Source: Nitrospinota bacterium
GTDB lineage: Bacteria; Nitrospinota; Nitrospinia; Nitrospinales; VA-1
Length of the DNA stretch: 30,801 bases
Reading direction: 5' to 3'
NCBI GenBank assembly: GCA_038108555.1
Contig: JAYNIA010000002.1
Coordinates: 169,796-200,596 of the forward strand
Shown piece by piece: positions 17,632 to 26,647 of the stretch. The notes beneath the pieces were generated by a model. That model saw only the letters and a list, made by a program, of their open reading frames with translations. It searched no databases and was not told the DNA's origin. Every line of letters starts with the position of its first letter. The first letter of the stretch is position 1. The position numbers were made by a program, and so were the translations under genes.

Positions 17632-19707
17632 TTATTCTCTAAGCGAAGCGGCAAGTTCTGCCTTCAGTGTTTGAATGATGGATTCAAAAAGAGGATTGAC
17701 CTCATCATCAGACAAGGTCCGGTCTTTGGACTGAAAAGAAAGCGCAAAGGTAAGGCTTTTTTTATCAGACTGGATTTTTTTTCCTTCAAAATGATCGTAC
17801 AACTCCACTCGATTTAACAAGGGATGGCCTGCCTTTAAAATCAAATCTGAGGCTTGTTTGGAGGTAACTTCCCGGTCCACCAGAATTGAAATATCCCGGT
17901 AAGTCTCCGGAAACTTTGCAATACTTTGAAAACGCGGTCGGGGAGGAAGGGATTCTTCCATAGCCTGCAAATCAATTTCCCAGGCAAAAACTTTTTCAGT
18001 GATCCCTGTTTTTTCAGGTAAAAGTTCGCCAAGATAACCAAGAATCATTTCCCCGACCTGGCAACCGACTGATTTTTCCGGTAATAGAAAAGGTTTCTCC
18101 GAATTGGCAGAATAATTTGGCTCAATTCCACAATGAGAAAAAAGGTTATCCAAAGCCCCTTTTAAATCATAAAAATCATACTCCTTGCCACGTGGCTTCC
18201 AGGGTGTCAATTCATAAGGCCCCAAAACCGCTGCCGTTAAAACCGTTTTTTCTTTCCGGTTTCCCTGCGAATCTGAAAAATACACGCTTCCAATTTCAAA
18301 AAGCTTTAAGGGTTTTTGTCCTTTGCTCAGGTTATTGGCCAGGGTCTTTAGCAATCCTGGCAACAAGCTGGTTCGCATGGTGTCGTTTTCTGAACTTAAT
18401 GGATTTTGCAACGGCACCACTTTAGCCTCCTCAGTGGCAAAGGATGGCAAATAGGCTTCGGCCTGCTCACGTTCAATAAAACTGAAATGGACGGTTTCAG
18501 AAAAACCCGTATTACAAAGTACCTCACGAACTTTTCGCAACAAGGTCTGTTTGGCTGTTACCCGGACAGGACGAACCGAAGCCATCGGAAAAACGGTGGC
18601 GACTTTATCAAAGCCATCGATTCGGGCAATTTCTTCGATGACATCAATCTCGCGTATGAGGTCGGGACGAAAACCCGGTATTTCGATTTGCAACACTTCT
18701 TGATTAGAATCGTCTTTCACTGCTAACCCCAACATGGAGACAATTTCTTTTATTTTCTCCGGACTAAAGTCCGAACCTAAAACTTCGTTGACTCTGGGTA
18801 CCCTCAAGGGCATTTGAATATTCTTCCTGACTTTCGGGTAAATATCTAACCTTCCTTTACAAATGGTGCCTCCGGCGAGCTCTTTAATCAAACAAGCGGC
18901 ACGGGCTTGTGCGGTAATCACGCCTTCCATATCGACTCCTCTTTCAAATCGATAGGAAGAATCGGATCTCAAGTTGTATTTTTTGGATGCTTTTCGAATG
19001 GTCGCTGAATCAAAACAGGCGCTTTCCAGAACCACATTTTTAGTTCCATCTGTAACCTGGCTGTTAGCTCCCCCCATGATCCCTGCCATGGCCACCGGCT
19101 TTTCCGCATCGGCAATGACCAAAGCATCCGGCTCAAACTTTAACTCGCTACCATCCAGGCTGGTAAAGGGTTCCCCTTTATTAGCATTTCGGATGATGAT
19201 TTTATTTCCAGAAAGCAATTCACGGTCGAATGCGTGAAGGGGTTGGCCATATTCCATCATCACAAAGTTTGTAATGTCCACAATATTATTGATGGGACGC
19301 AGTCCAATAGCCTGCAACCTGTCGCACAACCACTTCGGGGAAGGACCGGGTTTTACGTTTTCAATCACCAAAGCGGAATAGCGGGGACATAAATCTGCTT
19401 GATGGTTCTCGACCACTAACTTTTCTTCTACAGGAACGGTTCCCCAGTTTTTTTCCAAATCAGCCAATGCATCTGGGGGATTAAAATTGCCTCCCGTTAA
19501 AGCCGCAACTTCACGTGCCACACCGAGATGAGACAAACAATAGCCTCGGTTTGGAGTTACGTTTAGTTCGAGGACATCTCCTTTTTCTTCATCGGGCTTC
19601 TCGTGACTCTCAATTTCCAGACCCGCCATGGTGAGCAAATGACCCAGATCTGCCACCGGAATGTCAATATTTGTATATTCTTTCAGCCAATTAACCTGAA
19701 CTTTCAT
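17632..19707 (-). CDS. pheT: Phenylalanine--tRNA ligase beta subunit (short form)
   Basis: NWLKEY, LTMAGLE, TPNRGYCLSHLGVAREVAA, INNIVDITNFVMMEYGQPLHAFD, SSYRFERGVD, DVIEEIARIDG, C-terminal FDX-ACB domain (FPETYRDIS...KKSLTF). Confidence 0.97.
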   Translation of the reverse strand: MKVQVNWLKEYTNIDIPVADLGHLLTMAGLEIESHEKPDEEKGDVLELNVTPNRGYCLSHLGVAREVAALTGGNFNPPDALADLEKNWGTVPVEEKLVVENHQADLCPRYSALVIENVKPGPSPKWLCDRLQAIGLRPINNIVDITNFVMMEYGQPLHAFDRELLSGNKIIIRNANKGEPFTSLDGSELKFEPDALVIADAEKPVAMAGIMGGANSQVTDGTKNVVLESACFDSATIRKASKKYNLRSDSSYRFERGVDMEGVITAQARAACLIKELAGGTICKGRLDIYPKVRKNIQMPLRVPRVNEVLGSDFSPEKIKEIVSMLGLAVKDDSNQEVLQIEIPGFRPDLIREIDVIEEIARIDGFDKVATVFPMASVRPVRVTAKQTLLRKVREVLCNTGFSETVHFSFIEREQAEAYLPSFATEEAKVVPLQNPLSSENDTMRTSLLPGLLKTLANNLSKGQKPLKLFEIGSVYFSDSQGNRKEKTVLTAAVLGPYELTPWKPRGKEYDFYDLKGALDNLFSHCGIEPNYSANSEKPFLLPEKSVGCQVGEMILGYLGELLPEKTGITEKVFAWEIDLQAMEESLPPRPRFQSIAKFPETYRDISILVDREVTSKQASDLILKAGHPLLNRVELYDHFEGKKIQSDKKSLTFALSFQSKDRTLSDDEVNPLFESIIQTLKAELAASLRE

Positions 19708-20022
19708 AATTTTCCTTTACCCGCTAGCGCGGGAGGCAACATGTCTATATTCTTTCTAGCAAACAAATGTTATTTACTCTTTTCTTTTACTTGCTAACAT
19801 TTGCTCCCATCTTTAACTTCATACATGCTACTCGGCGTCTAGCCAAAATGTTAACCACCAAAAACCCTGGTAAATATTTATTGTCCTTATACTTATGTTT
19901 CCTTCCCTCGTTAGAGGGAGATTATAAGTGAAGCGATTACAAAAATCTACGTTATCCCGGCATTGCATTTCAGCAGGTAATAGGATATCAAGGGTTTCAT
20001 ATCCCTAAATCGGCCTGGCCCT

Positions 20023-22128
20023 ATGAAACTCACCGAAAAGCAGATTCTTTCTTCGTTGAAGAAAAAGATCAATCGTCCCATGAAAATCTCAGAGCTTTCC
20101 AAACATCTGGGAATAACGGATGCGCAACGCCGGGAGTTTCGCAACAAAATAAAAGAAATGGCGGCACAAGGGACATTGATAAAAATCCGGGGTGGACGGT
20201 ATGGTCTACCAGATGAAATGAATCTAGTCACCGGAAAACTGCATGGTCACCCAAACGGATTCGGTTTCGTCATTCCCGACAAACACCACGATACCAATGA
20301 TGTTTTTGTGCACCGAAAAAGTATGAACGAGGCCATGCATCAAGACCATGTGGTCGTGCGCATCGAATCAGAAAAGGAACCGGGTCGTCCTGAAGGTCGG
20401 GTCATAAGAATCCTGCAACGCAACACTCCTAATATCGTAGGGGTTTATGAAACCTTTGGGCGTGATGGCTGGGTCATTCCTACAGAGAACAAACATTTCC
20501 ACGATGTATTCATCCCCGGAAAAAACAGGAAGGACGCAAAGAACGGACAAATCGTTGATGTAAAAATTGAAACCTACCCAACCCGACATCAACCTCCGGT
20601 CGGAAAGGTCATGGAAATTTTGGGCACGTCCAATGACCCGGAAGTAGAGGTCCAATCTATCCTGAGAAAGTTTGGAGTACGCCGGGGTTTTACACCCAAA
20701 ATTCTCAAGGAGGCAAAAGCTGTAGCGAAAAGCAACCAAGCTGATGATCGCAAAGATCTGACCAACCTCCTTACTTTCACCATCGATGGGGAAAAAGCAA
20801 AAGATTTTGATGACGCCGTTTCCCTGGAACCTATGGCTGACGGGTTCCGGCTCGGTGTGCATATCGCAGATGTCAGCCATTTCGTAACAGAGAATTCGCC
20901 CCTGGACAAAGAGGCTTTTCAAAGAGGCACCAGCGTATATTACGCGGATGGAGTGATTCCCATGCTCCCTGAAATTTTATCCAACGATGCCTGCAGCCTC
21001 AAACCTGAAGAAATACGCCTGACCCTGAGTGTATTCATCGACTTCGACCGTCAAGGTAATGTGTTACATAAACAAATCCACAAATCATTTATCAAGAGCC
21101 AGAGAAGATTCACATACACCGAGGTCGCAAAGCTCCTCGCTGAGGGCAGCAATAAAGAAAAAGATGTCCCCTTCATGCAAACGCTTGCAGATATGCATCA
21201 CCTCAGCCAGGTCCTTAGAAGGCGTAGATTCAAAAATGGCAGTGTCGATTTCCATGTTCCTGAACCGGACATCCAAATTGAAGATGGAAAAGTAAATAAC
21301 ATCGGAATTGCAGTACATAATGAGGCACACCAACTGATCGAAGAGTTCATGCTGGCAGCTAACCAAGCGGTTGCCCTAAGTTTGCATGAAAAGGAAATAC
21401 CCTGCATCCACCGAATTCATGAGCCCCCCGAACCAAGCAAACTTTTTGAGTTCAAGGAGTTCATTTCCTCTTTTGGGTTGCGACTTTCCAGTCCTGAAAA
21501 AATCCGCTCGAAAGATTTAAACAACCTGCTGAAAAAAATCGAGGACACGGCTGAAGAAAGGGTGGTCAACACGCTCCTTTTGAGAACCATGAAAAAGGCC
21601 CGCTATTCTCCCACCGATCCCGGCCATTATTGCCTGGGATTTCCACATTACGTCCATTTCACTTCCCCGATTCGAAGATACCCCGACTTGATCGTTCACA
21701 GAATTGTAAAAAAATATTTGAAAAACAAATGTTCTAAAAAGGAAAAGAAAGCGCTGTTATCTTCCCTGAATGATATTTCAGAACAATCGACTCAAATGGA
21801 AATTCAGGCGATGTCCATCGAAAGAGAAATCATCAGCCTCCGACAAGCACAATTCATGGTGGATAAAATCGGCAAAACGTTTTACGGACACATTACAGGT
21901 GTCACTGGTTTTGGTTTTTTTGTTGAGCTGGAAAACGTTTTTGTAGAAGGGTTGGTGAAGCTATCCAGCATCATGGATGACTATTACCTTTATATAGAAA
22001 CAGAACACAAACTGATTGGGCAAAAACGGCATCGGGTTTTCCAGATTGGTGACCGGGTGAAAGTGCGGCTGAAAGATGTCGACATTTCCAGACGGCAGAT
22101 CGACCTGCAAGTGATGGGGGAAATATGA
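20023..22128 (+). CDS. rnr: Ribonuclease R
   Basis: N-terminal HTH, GHPNGFGF cold-shock domain, RNB motifs TIDGEKAKDFDDA, LGVHIADVS, LIEEFML.AN, HFTSPIRRYPDLIVHR, and a C-terminal S1 domain. Confidence 0.97.
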   Translation: MKLTEKQILSSLKKKINRPMKISELSKHLGITDAQRREFRNKIKEMAAQGTLIKIRGGRYGLPDEMNLVTGKLHGHPNGFGFVIPDKHHDTNDVFVHRKSMNEAMHQDHVVVRIESEKEPGRPEGRVIRILQRNTPNIVGVYETFGRDGWVIPTENKHFHDVFIPGKNRKDAKNGQIVDVKIETYPTRHQPPVGKVMEILGTSNDPEVEVQSILRKFGVRRGFTPKILKEAKAVAKSNQADDRKDLTNLLTFTIDGEKAKDFDDAVSLEPMADGFRLGVHIADVSHFVTENSPLDKEAFQRGTSVYYADGVIPMLPEILSNDACSLKPEEIRLTLSVFIDFDRQGNVLHKQIHKSFIKSQRRFTYTEVAKLLAEGSNKEKDVPFMQTLADMHHLSQVLRRRRFKNGSVDFHVPEPDIQIEDGKVNNIGIAVHNEAHQLIEEFMLAANQAVALSLHEKEIPCIHRIHEPPEPSKLFEFKEFISSFGLRLSSPEKIRSKDLNNLLKKIEDTAEERVVNTLLLRTMKKARYSPTDPGHYCLGFPHYVHFTSPIRRYPDLIVHRIVKKYLKNKCSKKEKKALLSSLNDISEQSTQMEIQAMSIEREIISLRQAQFMVDKIGKTFYGHITGVTGFGFFVELENVFVEGLVKLSSIMDDYYLYIETEHKLIGQKRHRVFQIGDRVKVRLKDVDISRRQIDLQVMGEI

Positions 22129-24695
22129 TTCCTCCTCCGCTTCGAATCATGAAAAACTGGTTTTTATCAGGAAATGCCAGCATTCATGACCGGGCTCGCA
22201 TCCCACCCATCCTTCCTTATCTCCTGTCCTTCATGGCAGGACTCGTTGTCAACCAATCGAATTCCTATTTTGTCTGCGCAATTGTCCTGGGTCTGTCTTT
22301 TTATTTTTTCATCCGCTCCATACAAAGTTTTTCTATTTTAAAAACAGGAACACTCGTTTTCATATTGCTATCAGGTTGGATGTACCCTACCAATACGCCC
22401 ACCCACCCGGACAATATCGTCCATCACATTGAAGAAGGAACAACAATTTCGTTACAAGGCAAGTTGTTCACCCCTCCCCAGGTTCTCGAAGATCGCACTT
22501 TTTATTTTCTCGAGGCAGAATCTATTTCAACAAAAAGGAAAACGAGAGAGGTTTCCGGTAGAGTTCGAATCGCTGTTTATAAAGCACACGACTTACTTGG
22601 GAGTGGAGAAATCGTCCGGTTCCAAAAAATCAGGTTGAAGGTGCCCAGGAACTTTAAAAATCCCGGCCGCTTTGACTACCGCACCTATTTAAATTCAAAA
22701 GGAGTGGATTTAATCGGAAATGTTTCCAAACCGGAATCGATTATCCGACTCGGAAAATTTGAATTGCCCTTCTATTACTCTTTCACACAAAGCATTAGGG
22801 GAAAAATATTGATAAGCCTTACAAAGCTATTTCCAGGAGAGGAAGGAAAACTGCTGCAAGCCATGGTGTTTGGGATGAAAGACTCCCTTTCCCCGAAAGT
22901 CAGGCAAGCCTATATCGATACCGGATTGGCCCATTTGATGGCTGTATCAGGGTTGCATATCGGGTTCGTTACCAGCGCTTTTTACTTTCTACTTCTGCCA
23001 CTGGTATTTCAACTGCTCTACCGCTTCAAACCCGACGATGCCAGGGCCGGTCATAGTGGAAAGTGGACAGCCTTTTTCTGCCTCATACCCGTTCTCCTTT
23101 ATATGGTCATCGTTGGAGCAAAAGTTTCCTCCCTTCGGGCAGGAATCATGGTGAGTGCATTTTTAATCGCCATTCTCATCAACCGGAAAAGCAGCCTGTT
23201 CAACGCCCTCATTTCAGCCGCTTTTATCATTCTGTTATGGGACCCCCAATCACTGATTGATCCGGGATTCCAATTATCCTTCGTCGCAGTTGCAGGAATT
23301 CTATGGGTGATCCATCTCCTTTCAGAGATGGGCAATGATCCGCTATCCAAACTGGGGGATCCTCCCTGGCATCAGAAGTTACTTGGCGTAGATTCCCAAT
23401 CCCAGGATTTCGTTATTCAATCAAAACTGAAAAAAATCTTTTTCAGCAGTCTGCTGATATCTTTTACCGTTTTCTTTGCAACCCTGCCGGTTTTGCTTTT
23501 CCACTTCCACCAAATCAGTCTCGTGGGACCTTTCTTGAATTTATTTCTTGTTCCCCTTGCAGCCCTGCTCATCCCCGGTGTCCTACTGGTTACCTGTCTT
23601 GGAATATTTTCGCAGGGCATTGCAATGTTACCCGCCCTGCCCTTTTACTACCTGACCAAAATTTTTTTGATAATTCCGCAGTATGTCTCTGAATTATCTT
23701 TCTCATCCGTTTACTTGGCATCTCCTCCTTCAATTTGGATATGGATTTACTATTCCGTTCTTATCAGTGGAGGCTATGCGCTGCTAAATAAAGTTCAACA
23801 TAAAGAAATTTCACCTGCATTTAAATCCGGTTGGTTGCTGGCAACAATTCTTTCACTTTCCCTCCTCATTTGGCCACGCATGTTCCATTTTCCAGAAAAT
23901 AAATTGAATATAACTGTTTTGGATATCGGCCAGGGGGAATCCATCTTCATTGAATTCCCTGATGGGAAAAACATGCTCATGGATGGAGGCGGATTTTATA
24001 AAAACAGTCTGGATGTCGGGAAAAAGGTGATCGCACCTTTCTTATGGAATAAAGGAATTAATGAAATTGATTATATGGTTGCCACCCATTCGGACAACGA
24101 CCATATCCGTGGATTGGATTCTGTTCTGGATCTTTTCCCGGTGAAAACCTTTCTTACTTTTAGTGAAAACCTGGCAGGATATCGACTGCAATACCTGTAT
24201 TCAAAAGCAAAAGAGAAAAATGCCAAACTCATTTCTTTAAAATCCCGCCAGCCAATAAATATTGGGAAAGTACAAATAACCCCACTTCACCCAACCTCAA
24301 AAACTCAACATAAAGGAAAGAAGCGAGTGGTGAACGATCTTTCCCTGGTGACCCTTCTGGAATATGAAACCTTCAGTATGTTGTTCACCGGGGACATCGG
24401 TGAAAAAGTGGAAAACAAACTTGTTGATACCTACCCCGAATTGAAGGTCGATGTTTTGAAAGGTCCGCATCATGGCAGCCGCTTTTCAAATTCAAAATCT
24501 TTCATCCAAGCCACCCGACCTCAGGCAGTGGTTTTCTCAAGTGGCTACCTCAACCGTATGAAACACCCCCACCCGAAGACTCTAAATCGCTACAAACAAG
24601 CAGGTACAAATATTTACCGTACCGATTTGCAGGGCGCAATCCAAATCACCTCAGACGGAAGAACACATTCGATCAAAACACACGAAAACCTATGA
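22125..24695 (+). CDS. comEC: DNA uptake channel ComEC/Rec2 (OB-fold, competence and MBL domains)
   Basis: NPGRFDY, TGLAHLMAVSGLHIG, SLRAGIM, PGFQLSF, LDIGQGES, THSDNDH, LFTGD, PHHGS, RTDLQGAI. An alternative start exists at ATG 22149. Confidence 0.95.
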   Translation: MIPPPLRIMKNWFLSGNASIHDRARIPPILPYLLSFMAGLVVNQSNSYFVCAIVLGLSFYFFIRSIQSFSILKTGTLVFILLSGWMYPTNTPTHPDNIVHHIEEGTTISLQGKLFTPPQVLEDRTFYFLEAESISTKRKTREVSGRVRIAVYKAHDLLGSGEIVRFQKIRLKVPRNFKNPGRFDYRTYLNSKGVDLIGNVSKPESIIRLGKFELPFYYSFTQSIRGKILISLTKLFPGEEGKLLQAMVFGMKDSLSPKVRQAYIDTGLAHLMAVSGLHIGFVTSAFYFLLLPLVFQLLYRFKPDDARAGHSGKWTAFFCLIPVLLYMVIVGAKVSSLRAGIMVSAFLIAILINRKSSLFNALISAAFIILLWDPQSLIDPGFQLSFVAVAGILWVIHLLSEMGNDPLSKLGDPPWHQKLLGVDSQSQDFVIQSKLKKIFFSSLLISFTVFFATLPVLLFHFHQISLVGPFLNLFLVPLAALLIPGVLLVTCLGIFSQGIAMLPALPFYYLTKIFLIIPQYVSELSFSSVYLASPPSIWIWIYYSVLISGGYALLNKVQHKEISPAFKSGWLLATILSLSLLIWPRMFHFPENKLNITVLDIGQGESIFIEFPDGKNMLMDGGGFYKNSLDVGKKVIAPFLWNKGINEIDYMVATHSDNDHIRGLDSVLDLFPVKTFLTFSENLAGYRLQYLYSKAKEKNAKLISLKSRQPINIGKVQITPLHPTSKTQHKGKKRVVNDLSLVTLLEYETFSMLFTGDIGEKVENKLVDTYPELKVDVLKGPHHGSRFSNSKSFIQATRPQAVVFSSGYLNRMKHPHPKTLNRYKQAGTNIYRTDLQGAIQITSDGRTHSIKTHENL

Positions 24696-24776
24696 ATTTG
24701 CTTTAATTTTTCTTTCATTGACTTTTTTCTCCATCCCTTTATATTTACATCCATTCTAAACCTGAATCTATCTGCT

Positions 24777-25937
24777 ATGAGTCCAAAGCCAGAGCGCCGA
24801 CATAAAATCCTGATTGTTGACGACTCGAAAACCATCGTTTCGGTGATCAACAATATCCTGCAAAAGCATTACGATACCTGTTCCGCTGAAAATGGTTTAA
24901 AAGCCATCGAGGTTTTTAAAAAGGAAAATCCCGATCTCATTCTCATGGATGTGGAAATGCCGGAGATGAATGGCTTTGAAGCCTGTAAAAAAATCAAAGC
25001 CCTCGATTCGGATTCCCACAGCTTTACCCCCATTATCTTTATCACGGGTAAAGGCGACCTGGAGAGCATGAAAACCGGATTGAAAAGTGGCGGTGAAGAT
25101 TACCTCGCAAAACCTTTTGAACCGGAAGAACTGTTAGCCCGGGTTCAGGCGGTGATGCGAACCAAGAAACTTTATAACGAGTTGAATGAAGCCTACGCTT
25201 TTATCGAGCGCGAACAGGACATCATCGCCTCGATTCAAAAAAGCCTTCTTTGCCATAAACTCCCGGAAATTCCCGGATACCGGTTCTTTGCCGACTACCA
25301 GCCATCTTCTAAAGCCAGCGGTGATTATTACGATTTCATCCGAATTGACGAGGACCATCTTGGAGTATTGGTCGCAGATGTTTCAGGTCACGGTTCTCCG
25401 GCAGCAGTCATTATGGCAATGATGCGTGTCAGCCTTCGTTCTTTCCTATCGCACCTGCACTCCCCCAAAGAAGTGCTGGAAAAAATCAATACGAGTCTTT
25501 GCGACAATCAAAAATCCGGACATTTCATCACAGCCTTCTATGGAGTCGTTCACTTGCCCACACGGAAAATGAAATACGCTTCTGCCGGTCATAACCCTCC
25601 TCTGCTCATCGACTACAATCAGGACCAAATTGTTGAATTGAAAACTGGAAAAGGTTTCCCTTTAATGATTCATTGCAGCAATGAATTGGAGGAAAAGGAA
25701 ATAGAGCTTCCCCTTAACAGCAAACTGATCTGCTACACCGATGGGCTTACGGAAGCCAAAGGAAAGGATCAGGAAATGTACGGTCTGGAAAGGCTGAAAC
25801 AGCACTCTCATGAAATGGGAAAATCAATGAACGCTGAAAAACTGGGCCAGGCGCTGAAAAATAATGTGCAAACCTACCTGAACGAGTGTGAATTCACCGA
25901 TGATTTCACACTGGTACTCCTTGAAGTTGAACCTTGA
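24777..25937 (+). CDS. Response regulator receiver + PP2C/SpoIIE-family phosphatase (RsbU/RsbY-like)
   Basis: REC domain: ILIVDD, DLILMDVEMPEMNGFE, DYLAKPF. SpoIIE domain: SGDYYDF, VADVSGHG, SAGHNPP, YTDGLTEA, DDFTLV. Confidence 0.94.
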   Translation: MSPKPERRHKILIVDDSKTIVSVINNILQKHYDTCSAENGLKAIEVFKKENPDLILMDVEMPEMNGFEACKKIKALDSDSHSFTPIIFITGKGDLESMKTGLKSGGEDYLAKPFEPEELLARVQAVMRTKKLYNELNEAYAFIEREQDIIASIQKSLLCHKLPEIPGYRFFADYQPSSKASGDYYDFIRIDEDHLGVLVADVSGHGSPAAVIMAMMRVSLRSFLSHLHSPKEVLEKINTSLCDNQKSGHFITAFYGVVHLPTRKMKYASAGHNPPLLIDYNQDQIVELKTGKGFPLMIHCSNELEEKEIELPLNSKLICYTDGLTEAKGKDQEMYGLERLKQHSHEMGKSMNAEKLGQALKNNVQTYLNECEFTDDFTLVLLEVEP

Positions 25938-25955
25938 CCCGGGCCTCCAGCTCCC

Positions 25956-25985
25956 TTGATTCAATGCGCCTCATTGTGGTATAAA
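25956..25985 (+). promoter_or_regulatory. Putative promoter for the small basic protein gene
   Basis: TTGATT-18 nt-TATAAA with extended -10 TG. Short inverted repeat CAATG/CATTG in the spacer. Confidence 0.45.
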
Positions 25986-26023
25986 GCTGGTTTACCGTAA
26001 CCTTAATTATTGGAAGAAACCCT

Positions 26024-26239
26024 ATGGCAACTGTTGAAAAACTACAGGAACATTTAAAAAAAGCTCAGTCCAATCTCGCGGAAGCGTCTAAAAAAGGCGG
26101 CGATGCAGCAGAAATCCGCAAACTGAAAAAGAAGACCAAACGACTGGCGCGCAAGGCTTCTAAAATTACGGCCACCGAAAAAATGGCGGAGCTGAAAAAG
26201 AAAAAGAAAAAGGACCGCAAGTCCACCTCCTCCGAATAG
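26024..26239 (+). CDS. Small, highly basic hypothetical protein (71 aa)
   Basis: ATG with upstream GGAAGA. 20 Lys + 4 Arg by my count, helical pattern. Has its own promoter-like motif and a hairpin right after the stop (26240-26254). Confidence 0.75.
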   Translation: MATVEKLQEHLKKAQSNLAEASKKGGDAAEIRKLKKKTKRLARKASKITATEKMAELKKKKKKDRKSTSSE

Positions 26240-26373
26240 CCAGCGTGACGCTGGACCCTATTAGCATAGCTAGTTAGACTGTCTGGCACTTTTGAGCGTT
26301 ATAAAATTCAGGTTTATTTGCATCCCTCGCGAGAGGGTGACCCTTTGGCAGCGGGGCCTAGCCCGCAATAATT

Positions 26374-26643
26374 ATGGATATTGAACATGTAGCCAAACTG
26401 GCTCGCCTGAAACTGACCGATGATGAAAAAGAACGGTTCTCAAACCAAATGGGAACCATCATCGAATACATTGAAAAACTGAACGAGCTCGATACGAAAA
26501 ATGTGGAACCGACCGCTCATGTGTTGGGCCTGAACAATGTTTTCCGCGAAGATGGGGCCACCCCTCCTATTACCGAGAAGGACCCCATCGAAGATTCTCC
26601 CGCGCACAGTAAAGGGCATTACGAAGTGCCCAAAATCATCTGA
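26374..26643 (+). CDS. gatC: Asp/Glu-tRNA amidotransferase subunit C
   Basis: [37 protein letters not shown]. Confidence 0.97.
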   Translation: MDIEHVAKLARLKLTDDEKERFSNQMGTIIEYIEKLNELDTKNVEPTAHVLGLNNVFREDGATPPITEKDPIEDSPAHSKGHYEVPKII

Positions 26644-26647
26644 TTCC

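Noticed and set aside
20368..20922. 184-aa minus-strand ORF inside rnr
   Set aside because: Antisense shadow ORF with no protein-like features. The same applies to similar ORFs inside gatA, recA, pheT and the peroxiredoxin gene.
26283..26298. Possible sigma54 site (TGGCAC) upstream of gatC
   Set aside because: The -12 GC is off by one and TTGC is absent.
26537..26647. N-terminal extension of GatA in the ORF track (521 aa)
   Set aside because: It overlaps gatC out of frame. Amidase homology begins at ATG 26648.
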